The notes beneath the pieces were generated by a model. It was not told the origin of the DNA, did no database searches, and was given only the letters and a program-made list of their open reading frames with translations. 64,000 nt of DNA, from the NCBI GenBank assembly GCA_003554845.1, contig PWHK01000017.1:11242-75241 (forward strand). The letters run 5' to 3'. This document shows positions 37,162 through 47,132 of this stretch, piece after piece. The position numbers and the translations under genes are program-made. The DNA is from Candidatus Aenigmatarchaeota archaeon (lineage in GTDB: Archaea; Aenigmatarchaeota; Aenigmatarchaeia; PWEA01). Position 1 is the first letter of the stretch; each line of letters begins with the position of its first letter.

Positions 37162-38406
37162 ATGTCAAAAAAAGATGAGAGGCTCATACCAAAGGTAAAT
37201 ATAGGTCTTATGGGTCATGTAGACCACGGAAAGTCAACTCTAGCTCAGGCTATATCAGGTAAATGGGCCGATACACATTCCGAGGAGATAAAACGTGGAA
37301 TAACAATAAGACTTGGTTACGCGGATGCAACTATATACAAATGTAAAGAATGTGATGAACCTAACTGTTTCTGTACAACGGACAAATGTCCAACCTGCTT
37401 CGGTGATACAGAGCCACAGAGGACTATATCCCTTGTGGATGTACCGGGACACAAGACACTTATGGGGACTGTGCTTTCAGGTGCAGCTCTCATGGACGGA
37501 TGTTTGTTTGTGATATCGGCCGATGAGCCATGTCCACAGCCACAGACTGCAGAGCACCTGAAAACCTTGGACATAGCAGGCATAGAAAATATTATTATAG
37601 CACAGAACAAGATAGACAAGGTCTCTGAGGAGAGGGTAAAGGAAAGCTACAGTGAGATAAAGGAGTTTGTCAAGGGAACCGTTGCGGAGGATGCTCCCAT
37701 AGTACCTATATCAGCACTCCAGAGAGTCAACGTAGATGCGGTTTTACAGGCTATCCAGGAAAATATACAGACAAAGGAGATGGATTCCGATGCCAGTCCA
37801 AGGATGATGGTTGCCAGGTCGTTCGACGTAAACAGACCAGGAACCTCCATAGATAATCTAAGCGGTGGGGTTATAGGAGGCAGTCTCATAAAGGGAAGTC
37901 TAAAGGTAGGCGACGAAATAGAAATAAGGCCGGGAATTGAAAGGGGCGGTGTAATCGAACCCATCAGAACAGAGATAGTGGGTCTTGAAAAGGTCGGTGA
38001 AAATCTCGACGAGGCGGGACCAGGCGGACTTCTTGGAGTTCAGACAAAACTGGATCCATCTCTTACCAGAAGCGACAACTTCGCCGGATCTATTATTGGA
38101 TATCCAGGTGATCTACCCGATCTTATGGATGAGATGACAATGGAGATACATACCTTCGATAAGGTTGCAGGTATAGAAGGCGAGAGGAACGTTGAGAAGA
38201 TCAAGACAAACGAACCTCTTATGCTGACAGCCGGTACATCAAAAACGGCCGGAGTAGTAACATCTGCTAGGGTTATAAACGGAGAGGACGAGGCTGTAGT
38301 AAGCCTCAAACTTCCAATATGTACAGACCCAGGAGAGAGGATAGCTATTTCACGTCAGATAGAAAACAAGTGGCGTCTTATAGGTTACGGTATTGTAAAG
38401 AACTAA
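37162..38406 (+). CDS. eif2g: Translation initiation factor 2 gamma subunit (aIF2-gamma)
   Basis: GHVDHGKSTL, DVPGH, zinc knuckle CKECDEPNCFCTTDKCPTC, NKID. Confidence 0.9.
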   Translation: MSKKDERLIPKVNIGLMGHVDHGKSTLAQAISGKWADTHSEEIKRGITIRLGYADATIYKCKECDEPNCFCTTDKCPTCFGDTEPQRTISLVDVPGHKTLMGTVLSGAALMDGCLFVISADEPCPQPQTAEHLKTLDIAGIENIIIAQNKIDKVSEERVKESYSEIKEFVKGTVAEDAPIVPISALQRVNVDAVLQAIQENIQTKEMDSDASPRMMVARSFDVNRPGTSIDNLSGGVIGGSLIKGSLKVGDEIEIRPGIERGGVIEPIRTEIVGLEKVGENLDEAGPGGLLGVQTKLDPSLTRSDNFAGSIIGYPGDLPDLMDEMTMEIHTFDKVAGIEGERNVEKIKTNEPLMLTAGTSKTAGVVTSARVINGEDEAVVSLKLPICTDPGERIAISRQIENKWRLIGYGIVKN

Positions 38407-38478
38407 TCGACGATTGTTCTAATGGTGTTATACTTTTTGCCGTAGGTTTTTTAAGCATGGAGAGTATATTACCTTTCA

Positions 38479-39711
38479 ATGAAGGATAAGATTGCTGTAA
38501 TAGGCGTAGGGCATACAGAGTTCGGCGAACTTTGGGATAGTTCATGGATAGATCTTGTCGAAGAGGCAGGACTCGGGGCACTGGAAGATGCTTCCATAAA
38601 GAAAAAGGATATAGACAAGTTCTTTCTTGGCAACATGTCCCTTGGAATGTTCGGTGGACAGGAGCATACTGCTTCAAAGGTCTTTTCTGAGGTATTCAGC
38701 GGAGGCCCCGATTCCCATGTTCTGGGCAGAAGGATAGAGGGAGCATGCTCTTCCGGTGGTCTTGCTCTGGAGGCTTCCTTTAACGATATTCTTGCAGGGA
38801 TACACCACGGCCAAGACAAAATAATAATGGCCGGTGGCTTTGAGAAGATGACAGATAAGCCTACGGATGAAGCAACGAAGATACTCAGCGCAGCTTCGGA
38901 TATGGGAAAGGAAATGGGTTTTACATTTCCTGCCCTCTACGGCATTATAAAGGACAGATATATAGAAGAAACGGGGGCCGAGGAGGAAGACTTCGACTAT
39001 ATAGCAGTAAAGAGTCACAAGAACGCATCACTTAATTCCAGAGCACAGTATTCCTTTGAAGTTTCACACAGCAAGGTTAAAGACTCCTTTAAAGTAGCAA
39101 GCCCAACAAAGCTTCTGAACTCCTCGGGTATCGCCGACGGCGCTGCTGCAGTTATAATGACTACTGTGAGAAAGGCCGAGGAGATAGGAACGGACTATGT
39201 GGTTCTCGAGGACGTTCAGGGAGTTAACGACTCCATAGCCCTCTTCGAGAGGGAAGATATACTTACACTTGTTTCGACCAAAAGAGCTGCAGATATGGTC
39301 TACAGGTCCACTGGCTTCGGTCCAGAGGATGTGGATATAGCAGAGGTACATGATTGTTTTTCTATAGCTGAGATACTTGCCCTTGAAGACCTGGGATTTT
39401 ACCCAAAGAGAGAGGGCTGGAAATGGATAAAGAAGAGCCTTTCTGGCTGCGAGGAGATGGATGGTCCGATTCCCTACAAACTTCCAGGCGGAAAGAATCT
39501 CTTTGTAAATACTTCAGGAGGATTGAAGGCAAAGGGGCATCCGGTTGGAGCTACAGGAATAGCTCAGGTTGTTGAAGTAGTTGAACAGCTGAGTGGACGT
39601 GCAGGTGATAGACAGGTTCCAGATGCCAAGGTCGGTATTACACATAATGTCGGGGGAAGTGGAGGTACCGCAGTGGTCAGTCTTTTGACAAAACCAGATG
39701 GTGTATCATGA
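38479..39711 (+). CDS. Acetyl-CoA C-acetyltransferase (archaeal thiolase)
   Basis: 410 aa thiolase fold with active-site Cys (EGACSSGG), NTSGGLKAKGHPVGATG, NVGGSGG; 4-nt overlap with the HMGCS gene. Confidence 0.85.
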   Translation: MKDKIAVIGVGHTEFGELWDSSWIDLVEEAGLGALEDASIKKKDIDKFFLGNMSLGMFGGQEHTASKVFSEVFSGGPDSHVLGRRIEGACSSGGLALEASFNDILAGIHHGQDKIIMAGGFEKMTDKPTDEATKILSAASDMGKEMGFTFPALYGIIKDRYIEETGAEEEDFDYIAVKSHKNASLNSRAQYSFEVSHSKVKDSFKVASPTKLLNSSGIADGAAAVIMTTVRKAEEIGTDYVVLEDVQGVNDSIALFEREDILTLVSTKRAADMVYRSTGFGPEDVDIAEVHDCFSIAEILALEDLGFYPKREGWKWIKKSLSGCEEMDGPIPYKLPGGKNLFVNTSGGLKAKGHPVGATGIAQVVEVVEQLSGRAGDRQVPDAKVGITHNVGGSGGTAVVSLLTKPDGVS

Positions 39712-41174
39712 AAAGGACAGGACCGGAGTACAGAAGGACCCTTGGATTAAGATACCTTAAGGGAAAGAGATGCAAGGAGTGCGGAAAGATATTTCTTTCC
39801 TCCAGAAACTTCTGCAGTGAATGTGGTAGAAAAGGGGAGCTTACACGGATCGATCTACCTAAGAAGGGCGAGGTCTACTCCTCGTCGGTTGTGCGGAAGT
39901 CCACGAGCGATTTCAACCTCGATTCAAAGATACCATATTCTGTTGGTCTTATAGATTTAGATGGGACAGATTTCAAGGCCCCTGGTATAATAGACTCTGA
40001 AAGTAGGACGACAGGAGAAGAGGTTCAGGCGAGGATAGGACTCCTTGGTGTATCCAACGAGATTAGATTCTACACATATGTATGGAACAGAAAACACCAA
40101 TACCACAGCCCTGAACCGTCTTTCGGGGGATGTAATGTGGACGGTGGTGTTGGTATAGTTGATTACGGTGTCTACGTTCCGAGAAAGAGGATAAAGTCGG
40201 AGGAGATAGCAGAGGTATGGGGAGAGCAGGTCGAGGGTCTTGTGAAGAGCTTTCCGGGAAAATGGGACGATACAGGATCCTATGCAATGAACTCGGCCCT
40301 GAACTGTTTAAAGGGAAGCGGCGTTGATCCATCTGCGATAGGTAAGATAATGGTTGGATCCGAGTCTCATCCATATGCCGTAAAGCCGACGGCTTCTGTT
40401 GTTGCAGAGCTTTTAGGTTCCGATAGACAGTGTGTTGACTTCGAGTTTGCCTGTAAGGCAGGTACACAGGCGATTATAGATGCACACGACTCGGTTAAGG
40501 CAGAAACAATAGACTATGCAATGGCCATAGGCGCCGATTCATCCCAGGCCCGTCCAGGAGATGCATTGAAGTATACTTCAGGAGATGGCGCCGCTGCAGT
40601 TCTTATTGGATTAAAGGATCCCATTGCAGTTATAAATGGATATGAATCCTTTACCACAGATACACCGGACTTTCTGAGAGGCGAAGCCGAGGAGTTTCCT
40701 GTTCATTTTGGAAGGTTCACAGGCGAGCCAGCCTACTTCAAGCACATAAAAATTGCCGCAGAAAGGCTCATGGAAAGCCAGTGTACCAAGCCTGGGGACT
40801 ACGATTATGCTCTATTCCACCAGCCCAACAGTAAGTTTCCAAGAAAGGTAGGTAAAAGACTGGGATTCACAGAGGATCAGATCGAACCCACAGTGGTAGT
40901 TGACTGGATAGGTAATACATATTCTGCCTGTGTTCCACTTGGTCTCTGTAGAATTCTGGACCAGGCCTCGCCCGGCGACAGGATTTTTATAACATCCTAC
41001 GGTTCAGGGGCCGGTTCCGATGCATTTGATATGACTGTAACAGAGAAGATAAAGGAAAAACAGAAACAGAAGAAGAGAAGCGTTGACTCCTGGATAGGAA
41101 AGGAGGATAGAGATCTACTGGAGTTCGAATCCTATGGAAAGTATGTCAAAAATAAAGGTCTTCTTAAGGACTAA
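39708..41174 (+). CDS. HMG-CoA synthase with N-terminal DUF35 (zinc-ribbon + OB-fold) scaffold domain fused
   Basis: Residues 1-135 carry CKECGKIF...CSECG zinc ribbon followed by an OB-like segment (DUF35 type); residues ~140-488 are archaeal HMGCS (VGIVDYGVYVPRKRIKSEEIAEVWGEQ, active-site Cys region FACKAGTQAI). Confidence 0.75.
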   Translation: MKRTGPEYRRTLGLRYLKGKRCKECGKIFLSSRNFCSECGRKGELTRIDLPKKGEVYSSSVVRKSTSDFNLDSKIPYSVGLIDLDGTDFKAPGIIDSESRTTGEEVQARIGLLGVSNEIRFYTYVWNRKHQYHSPEPSFGGCNVDGGVGIVDYGVYVPRKRIKSEEIAEVWGEQVEGLVKSFPGKWDDTGSYAMNSALNCLKGSGVDPSAIGKIMVGSESHPYAVKPTASVVAELLGSDRQCVDFEFACKAGTQAIIDAHDSVKAETIDYAMAIGADSSQARPGDALKYTSGDGAAAVLIGLKDPIAVINGYESFTTDTPDFLRGEAEEFPVHFGRFTGEPAYFKHIKIAAERLMESQCTKPGDYDYALFHQPNSKFPRKVGKRLGFTEDQIEPTVVVDWIGNTYSACVPLGLCRILDQASPGDRIFITSYGSGAGSDAFDMTVTEKIKEKQKQKKRSVDSWIGKEDRDLLEFESYGKYVKNKGLLKD

Positions 41175-41821
41175 GAAACTAAGTCTCTTTCCTTCATCTG
41201 GTCTATTATATTTTTGACCATTGCGTCTATGGGTGCATTGGCCTTTCTGCATCTGTTTACGACGATTGGGATCTTTCCCTCGAAGTAGTCTATTACAGGT
41301 TCCGATCTCTCTTCATAGGTGTTTATCCTGTCCTTTATTACATCTGGTTTGTCGTCGTCTCTCTGGTAGAGGTCACCGCCGCACTTATCACACACACCTT
41401 CTTCTTCTGGTGGATGGAACAGTTTGTTGAATACCTCTCCACAGTCCTTACATATCCTTCTCGACGAAAGCCTTTTGATTATTATTTCGTCTGTAACATC
41501 CAGAAGTATGAGACCGTCTATATCCATGATATCGTTAAGGAACTTTGCCTGTTCGACTGTCCTTGGGTATCCGTCTAGAAGAAAGTTATCCATACCTACT
41601 TTCTTTAGTTTTTCTCTGACTACTTTGTTTACAAGTTCATCTGGGACAAGATCTCCTCTGTCAAGGTACTCCTTTACTCTTTTTCCAAGCTCTGTTTTTT
41701 CCTTTACGGCTTCTCTGAATATGTCTCCTGTTGCTATATGTTCTACGTCTATTTTATCTTCTATTCTTGTTGAATAGGTTCCCTTTCCGGAACCAGGTGG
41801 TCCAAAAATTAAAAACTTCAT
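41171..41821 (-). CDS. adk: Adenylate kinase (zinc-lid type)
   Basis: Walker A GPPGSGKGT; lid CKDCGEV...CDKCGG. Confidence 0.9.
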   Translation of the reverse strand: MKFLIFGPPGSGKGTYSTRIEDKIDVEHIATGDIFREAVKEKTELGKRVKEYLDRGDLVPDELVNKVVREKLKKVGMDNFLLDGYPRTVEQAKFLNDIMDIDGLILLDVTDEIIIKRLSSRRICKDCGEVFNKLFHPPEEEGVCDKCGGDLYQRDDDKPDVIKDRINTYEERSEPVIDYFEGKIPIVVNRCRKANAPIDAMVKNIIDQMKERDLVS

Positions 41822-41822
41822 A

Positions 41823-41978
41823 TTATTTCACCCATTTTGTTTTTTTAGGTTCTCTGCCAAGCTTTCTGTGGTTTTTTTCACACTTCGATGAGCAGTAGTA
41901 GAAACTCTTACCGGCTTTATCTACGACTATCTTGCCTCTTCCCTTTTCTATTTTTTTACCACAAAAGCTGCAATCCAT
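41823..41978 (-). CDS. rpl24e: 50S ribosomal protein L24e (51 aa; absent from ORF track)
   Basis: Manual translation MDCSFCGKKIEKGRGKIVVDKAGKSFYYCSSKCEKNHRKLGREPKKTKWVK; conserved L7Ae-S28e-L24e cluster. Confidence 0.85.
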   Translation of the reverse strand: MDCSFCGKKIEKGRGKIVVDKAGKSFYYCSSKCEKNHRKLGREPKKTKWVK

Positions 41979-41985
41979 GGTATCA

Positions 41986-42186
41986 CTACATCCTTCCTCC
42001 GGAGTCCATCTCTGTCTCCTTCAGCATCAGTATGTCGCCTTTCTTTACAGGTCCAACAACATTTCTTGTTAGAACCTTTCCTTCATCGCGTCCTTCTATA
42101 ACCTTGCATCTAACTGCAGTGACGTCTCCGACACCACTCCTTCCTAGGATATGAACTACTTTTCCCTGTACGGCTTCTCCTGGCAT
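41986..42186 (-). CDS. rps28e: 30S ribosomal protein S28e
   Basis: [55 protein letters not shown]. Confidence 0.9.
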   Translation of the reverse strand: MPGEAVQGKVVHILGRSGVGDVTAVRCKVIEGRDEGKVLTRNVVGPVKKGDILMLKETEMDSGGRM

Positions 42187-42196
42187 AGCGAATCAT

Positions 42197-42604
42197 TTAC
42201 TCTATAGATTTTAAAGTTTTTATCTCGTCTTCTATCTCTTTGACAAGATCTTCTGCATCTCCGACTTCTGTTATGGCCAATGAAGCTGTCTGTACTGTTA
42301 GCCCCGATGCCCTTCCAAGCTCCTCCTTTTCACCTACAAATGCATAAGGAATAGACTTCTCTTCACAGATAGCGGGTAGATGCATTACTACTTCCGGAGG
42401 CTCCACATCTTCTGCTATAACTACCAAGTCTGCATTGCCCCTTTCGACTGCCTTTGTTACTTCGTTTGTTCCGATGTTTATCTTTCCTGTAGCCCTTGCT
42501 GTTTCAACTGCTTCTAGTATTGTATCCTCAAGTTTTTCAGGTACGTTGAACTTTACATAATCTGCCATCAAACCACCTCTCTGATTTTCATCAGTGATTT
42601 TCAT
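42197..42604 (-). CDS. rpl7ae: 50S ribosomal protein L7Ae (K-turn binding; also C/D, H/ACA and RNase P component)
   Basis: [60 protein letters not shown]. Confidence 0.9.
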   Translation of the reverse strand: MKITDENQRGGLMADYVKFNVPEKLEDTILEAVETARATGKINIGTNEVTKAVERGNADLVVIAEDVEPPEVVMHLPAICEEKSIPYAFVGEKEELGRASGLTVQTASLAITEVGDAEDLVKEIEDEIKTLKSIE

Positions 42605-42688
42605 ATTGGCCGTTAGACCAAGCCCGAAGTTTTTACCCCGGGCTTGATTTTCTAAATGTTTTAAAGTATTTAAAGTTTTTTACAGGCT

Positions 42689-44362
42689 TCACTTGTGTGT
42701 AAAATAGAACCTCCTTTCATCTCCGTTGTCTACCCTCAGAAAACCAAAACGCTCGAACTGTATCATGCTGCCGTCCCTCTCTCCGAGCACGTTTCTTTCA
42801 ACCCTTCCGTCCAAGCATTCGGAGCTGGGCATCACTACCTTGCATTCTGTGGTTTCTTTGTCCGAGTCTGGCAGCCAATGAACCTTGGGCATTTCCCTTG
42901 TTATATCGTCGCCTGCATATTTACAACTGTAACCATTCTCTGGAACCTCTATGTTATAGAGACCTTTGAGCCTTATCGTGCTTCCACGGTTCGGTTCAAA
43001 GTCCTTTTTTTCTATCAGAAAACTTTGGCCGACATCTAGCTTTCTTACCTTGTCCTTGTCAGGATGCACAGGAAGTTCTACTTCACCCTTCTTTTCAGGA
43101 TCTACGACATTTATTTCGACGGGATCTCCGACAAAGAAATATCTGTTTGATTTGGGGTCTATTATCTTTCTGTTCATGCTTGTGAACTCTTCCATGGAAA
43201 CCTCTGCATTTGAACCCTTTATTCCATACTTTCTTATGAGACTGTGTATGGCCTCGGGCTGGAAACCGCGTCTTCTTAGGGCTCTTACTGTGCCGAGCCT
43301 TGGATCGTCCCAGCCACTGTACTTACCCGAGTCTATACCTCCTCTTATCTTACTTGTGGAGAGAACCGATCCCTTGAGTGAGAGGAATCCATGGTGTATA
43401 GTTGTGGGATATTCCCATCCGAAATGTTCGTAAAGATCCTTCTGGTTCTCTGTGTTCGTTGAATGTTCCTTGGCTCTAAATATGTGTGTTACGTTCAGCT
43501 CGTGGTCGTCTATTGCAGATGCAAAGTTGTAAAGTGGCCATATAATATAGTCATCGTTTACCAGGGGATGGCTGTGGTTCTTTAAAATTCTAAGAGCAGG
43601 CCAGTCCCTTCTTGCAGGATTTTTGTGTTTTATGTCTGTTTTTATTCTAACAACCGCTTCGCCTTCTTCGTATCCACCGTCCTGCATCTTGTGCCATCTA
43701 TTTATGTTCTCTCCGGGGTCTATTTTTCTACATGGACAACCTTTCTTTTTGTCTCTCAACCTTTTCCATTTCTTCGACTCACATATACAGACGTATGCCT
43801 TCCCTTCTTCTATGAGATCAAATGCCATCCCATAGTACATTTCCAGTCTGTCTGATGATTTTATTATAAGGTCAGGTTCACAGCCCAGCCATTTGAGATC
43901 TTCTTCTATCCAACTGTAGAATCTCTTCTTTGGTGATTTCTCCGGGCTTGATGGGTTTGTGTCGTCGTACCTAAGAATAAAACGTCCGTCGTTTCTTTTT
44001 GCATATAGATAGGATAGTATGTATGCCCTGCTGTTTCCGAGATGGAAGGGACCGTTTGGATTTGGAGCTGCCCTTGTTATTACCTGTCCTTCTTCGTTTG
44101 GAATATCTGGAAGTGTATCGTCTTCTTCCTTTTTCCTTTCCAGGTTTATGCCCATATCATCTGCCTGTGATTTCTGTTCTTCCAACGTGAGATCGTTTAC
44201 TTCGGACAGTACTTTCTTTATATCTTTGATTATTTCCTTGGGTTCTACATTCCTGTGGTCCGACATGACACCACTGAGAACAGCATTTAGATTGGCAGAG
44301 CCTTCGTGCTCCACTGCGTTCCTCAAGGCATATTTACGTATGGTTTCCTTTATGTCTGACAT
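42689..44362 (-). CDS. gltX: Glutamyl-tRNA synthetase (archaeal GluRS/GlxRS)
   Basis: RAAPNPNGPFHLGNSRAYILSYLYAKRNDGRFILRYDDTNP class I catalytic core; 557 aa. Confidence 0.85.
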   Translation of the reverse strand: MSDIKETIRKYALRNAVEHEGSANLNAVLSGVMSDHRNVEPKEIIKDIKKVLSEVNDLTLEEQKSQADDMGINLERKKEEDDTLPDIPNEEGQVITRAAPNPNGPFHLGNSRAYILSYLYAKRNDGRFILRYDDTNPSSPEKSPKKRFYSWIEEDLKWLGCEPDLIIKSSDRLEMYYGMAFDLIEEGKAYVCICESKKWKRLRDKKKGCPCRKIDPGENINRWHKMQDGGYEEGEAVVRIKTDIKHKNPARRDWPALRILKNHSHPLVNDDYIIWPLYNFASAIDDHELNVTHIFRAKEHSTNTENQKDLYEHFGWEYPTTIHHGFLSLKGSVLSTSKIRGGIDSGKYSGWDDPRLGTVRALRRRGFQPEAIHSLIRKYGIKGSNAEVSMEEFTSMNRKIIDPKSNRYFFVGDPVEINVVDPEKKGEVELPVHPDKDKVRKLDVGQSFLIEKKDFEPNRGSTIRLKGLYNIEVPENGYSCKYAGDDITREMPKVHWLPDSDKETTECKVVMPSSECLDGRVERNVLGERDGSMIQFERFGFLRVDNGDERRFYFTHK

Positions 44363-44366
44363 AGGA

Positions 44367-45227
44367 TCACTCCATTACAATTCCGCAGTATCCAACTATG
44401 GAGTCTTCGTTCTTTGATACTTCGTATGACGTCGAGTAGTCCAGAAGTTCACCGTCCTTTGATACGTCTTCTAGGTAGTAGAGAAGCGCTGCCACAGGCC
44501 CGACGCCGCATATAGTTGCGCTGTATCTTTCTACTGTATCTACAAATGTTTCAGGCGAGATATTTTCTATTGCAGAGACGGCCTCCATGTCAATCTTCTT
44601 TATGTAGTCCAGTTTTTTCCCGGGTCCCCCTGATACCGGCGTGTATCCATATGAGGTTCCGAAATGTGTAAAATCGGATGAAGCAATAACAACTACATTT
44701 CTGCCTGTTTCATCTACAGCCTTTTTTATAGCCTTTCCTATCTCCCTGGCCTTCTCTATGCTGTGGTCACTCATTCCTATGGGAACAAACCCGAAGTTTT
44801 TGAACCTTCTCTGTAACCATGGAAGTTGAACCTCTATGGAGTGTTCCTGGTTGTGTGCTTCGTAGTCGTCTTCGAGATGCTCTGAGTGTTTCAGTATAGA
44901 CTCTGCAAGTTCTGTATCTATTCTTGCTGCCCCTAGTGGAGTTTTCCATATGCCAGATGTCATTATGGCCAGAGGGGTATCCTGCCTCGAGTGCGTTGGT
45001 CCAAGAACCACAAATGTAGTTTTTTCGTCGGATAGTGACTTGTAGACATGTGCCTGGGTCTTTCCACAGTATATATATCCTGCATGTGGAACAACAGCAC
45101 CTATAACATCTCTTTTTTCGACATCCGCCTTCCTTGTGAACTTGTCTATCATCGACTCTATATCGCCGGAGCTTCTTGGATAAAACTGTCCAGCAGCAGC
45201 AGAGTTTCGAATTATGATATCTAACAC
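44367..45227 (-). CDS. MEMO1 family protein (AmmeMemoRadiSam system protein B-like)
   Basis: 286 aa; AVVPHAGYIYCG, VVLGPTHS, VVVIASSDFTHFG motifs. Confidence 0.8.
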   Translation of the reverse strand: MLDIIIRNSAAAGQFYPRSSGDIESMIDKFTRKADVEKRDVIGAVVPHAGYIYCGKTQAHVYKSLSDEKTTFVVLGPTHSRQDTPLAIMTSGIWKTPLGAARIDTELAESILKHSEHLEDDYEAHNQEHSIEVQLPWLQRRFKNFGFVPIGMSDHSIEKAREIGKAIKKAVDETGRNVVVIASSDFTHFGTSYGYTPVSGGPGKKLDYIKKIDMEAVSAIENISPETFVDTVERYSATICGVGPVAALLYYLEDVSKDGELLDYSTSYEVSKNEDSIVGYCGIVME

Positions 45228-45262
45228 CCTAGAATAAATTTGGATTCAGATTAATAAGTATA

Positions 45263-45856
45263 TCAGTCCATTTCTTCGCCTGTGAAATCCTCTAAACTGT
45301 ATCCAAGTTCCCCGTCTTCCTCTATCTCGCCCTTTTTCTTCATGGTTTCCCTTGCCAGAAGATAGAATATTGCACCGATACTTTTCTCTCCTTTGTTGTT
45401 TCCTGGAATTATAAGGTCTACGTAGTCGAGATTTGTAAAGCTGTCACATACTGCTACAACGGGAATTCTCTTCTTTATGGCCTCTGATATGGCCTGTTCA
45501 TCTATTATGGGATCAACAACAACCAGTACGTCCGGCTCTGTATATTTGTCAAGAGAAGGATTTGTTAATGTACCAGGCATAAACCTTCCATGTTCAACCT
45601 CAAAATCCGTTGCATCTTTGATCTTTTCCAGTGCAGGAACTGCACTTTCCTTTCTTCCTACAAACATTATGTTTTCGAATCTACTTAGAAACGAGGATGC
45701 AACGTCTATTCTGTTGTCTATCTTTTCTATGTCTATTATCGATAGACCATCGGGCCTGGTCTTGAATATAAAGGAATCCATGTCCTTGGTCTTCTTTCTC
45801 ATTCCCAGGTGTACACCTGACTTAACGTAACTTTCTCTTTCCATTAGATTTGTCAT
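45263..45856 (-). CDS. rps2: 30S ribosomal protein S2
   Basis: YVKSGVHLGMRKKTKDMDSFIFKTRPDGLSIIDIEKI...VVVDP...IPVVAVCDSF. Confidence 0.9.
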   Translation of the reverse strand: MTNLMERESYVKSGVHLGMRKKTKDMDSFIFKTRPDGLSIIDIEKIDNRIDVASSFLSRFENIMFVGRKESAVPALEKIKDATDFEVEHGRFMPGTLTNPSLDKYTEPDVLVVVDPIIDEQAISEAIKKRIPVVAVCDSFTNLDYVDLIIPGNNKGEKSIGAIFYLLARETMKKKGEIEEDGELGYSLEDFTGEEMD

Positions 45857-45911
45857 AATATCCTATGGTTATTTTTCAGATGAATTTAAATATCTTTAGT
45901 TGTTTCCGTCT

Positions 45912-46109
45912 CTATGCATCGGGACTTCTCTGCTTGACCGTAAGAGGCACAACTCCCTTGTCGAACTCTTCCCTTGCTGTCCCTATCGGGTCCATTCCAG
46001 CTTCTCTGTCTATAAGAGGCGGTGCCCCCATGGCTATCTGAAGGGCCCTTGTGGATATTATTCTTGCCTTTTCGAATCTGTTCATGCCATCAAATTTTAG
46101 GAATTCCAT
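45912..46109 (-). CDS. rpoK: DNA-directed RNA polymerase subunit K (Rpo6/omega)
   Basis: NRFEKARIISTRALQIAMGAPPLI is the Rpb6/RpoK core motif. Confidence 0.85.
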   Translation of the reverse strand: MEFLKFDGMNRFEKARIISTRALQIAMGAPPLIDREAGMDPIGTAREEFDKGVVPLTVKQRSPDA

Positions 46110-46118
46110 ATTTTCACC

Positions 46119-46919
46119 TCAGCCTATGTATCTAAGTTTTTCATCGTCGCCGTCGTCGCCATAATCCATCTGTTTCATGCTTTTTTTCTGCAGACCTTCC
46201 AGTTTTTCAAGGAAGTCTTCCATCTCCTTTACCTTTTCATCCATGTCATCTAGAGGTATATCCATGTTGAATATATCCGATACTATCTCGACGATGCTCT
46301 CTGCAGACATAGGATCTGTAAGTATAGGGAAACCTGCAGTTTCTCCCATTAGACATAGTCCGTCCATGTCTCGTTTCTTTGCCATTCCAAGCAAAAGGCC
46401 TGTTCCGCCGACTATCATGCCTATGTTTGATCCTGTGTCTTCGAAGTTTATATTGAACTCATCAAACTCATCTATCATCTCCTTGTGCGTTACAGCACCG
46501 AGGACTTCTGGTCCTTCTTCCATCTCGTCTCCCAGATCGCCTGTACTGTATCCACCCAACGTCAGTATCCTCTTTACGCCGAATCTTTTTGCAAGATCCA
46601 GTACACTTTCTGATACTTCGAAATGTCCCCGGCTTCCTTCCTTTCCTGCCTGGGAGTCTCCGATGAGAAATATTACGTCGTTTCCGTTGTCGTTCTTCCA
46701 GTAGTAAAACTCGAACTTGAGAAGCGATACCTCGTCGTCATCGATAAGTACTATGGGCATAAAGTGTGGAGAATACAGCTCTGCAAACTTCTTTGCATCG
46801 AGATGCTTTATCATATATTCGGCTGCTATCCTTCCAACGTTGCCTATTCCCGGAAGTCCTTCTATGAGTATAGGATCATCTAGATCGGGTTCCTCTATTA
46901 TTTTAAACTCTGTATCCAT
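46119..46919 (-). CDS. PAC2-family proteasome assembly chaperone (start revised to internal Met; the ORF-track N-terminus overlaps Nop10)
   Basis: ILIEGLPGIGNVGRIAAEYMIKHL PAC2 signature; the upstream 39 codons of the track ORF are in another frame of the Nop10 gene. Confidence 0.7.
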   Translation of the reverse strand: MDTEFKIIEEPDLDDPILIEGLPGIGNVGRIAAEYMIKHLDAKKFAELYSPHFMPIVLIDDDEVSLLKFEFYYWKNDNGNDVIFLIGDSQAGKEGSRGHFEVSESVLDLAKRFGVKRILTLGGYSTGDLGDEMEEGPEVLGAVTHKEMIDEFDEFNINFEDTGSNIGMIVGGTGLLLGMAKKRDMDGLCLMGETAGFPILTDPMSAESIVEIVSDIFNMDIPLDDMDEKVKEMEDFLEKLEGLQKKSMKQMDYGDDGDDEKLRYIG

Positions 46920-46938
46920 GTTAACACCTATTAAATCT

Positions 46939-47097
46939 TTATCCTTTCCTTTTAAGCTTTTCCTTTCTTCTGTGTTTTCCGTGTTTGTCGGCTGGAGAAA
47001 AGGGACCTGGTCTTGGAGTTGAGGTTTTTTCTCCACATTCAGGGCATTTTTTCTTAAGTGTGTATACCTTGCATGTTTTACACTTTTTCAACTTCAT
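46939..47097 (-). CDS. nop10: H/ACA ribonucleoprotein subunit Nop10 (52 aa; absent from ORF track)
   Basis: Manual translation MKLKKCKTCKVYTLKKKCPECGEKTSTPRPGPFSPADKHGKHRRKEKLKRKG: zinc-ribbon plus PPRFSP-like motif of Nop10. Confidence 0.8.
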   Translation of the reverse strand: MKLKKCKTCKVYTLKKKCPECGEKTSTPRPGPFSPADKHGKHRRKEKLKRKG

Positions 47098-47132
47098 CTC
47101 AGATACCTTTCTATGTTAAAGAATTTAAATGT

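Noticed and set aside
46920-47036. N-terminal 39 residues of the ORF-track PAC2 protein
   Set aside because: This stretch is an alternate reading frame of the Nop10 gene; the PAC2 signature starts after the internal Met
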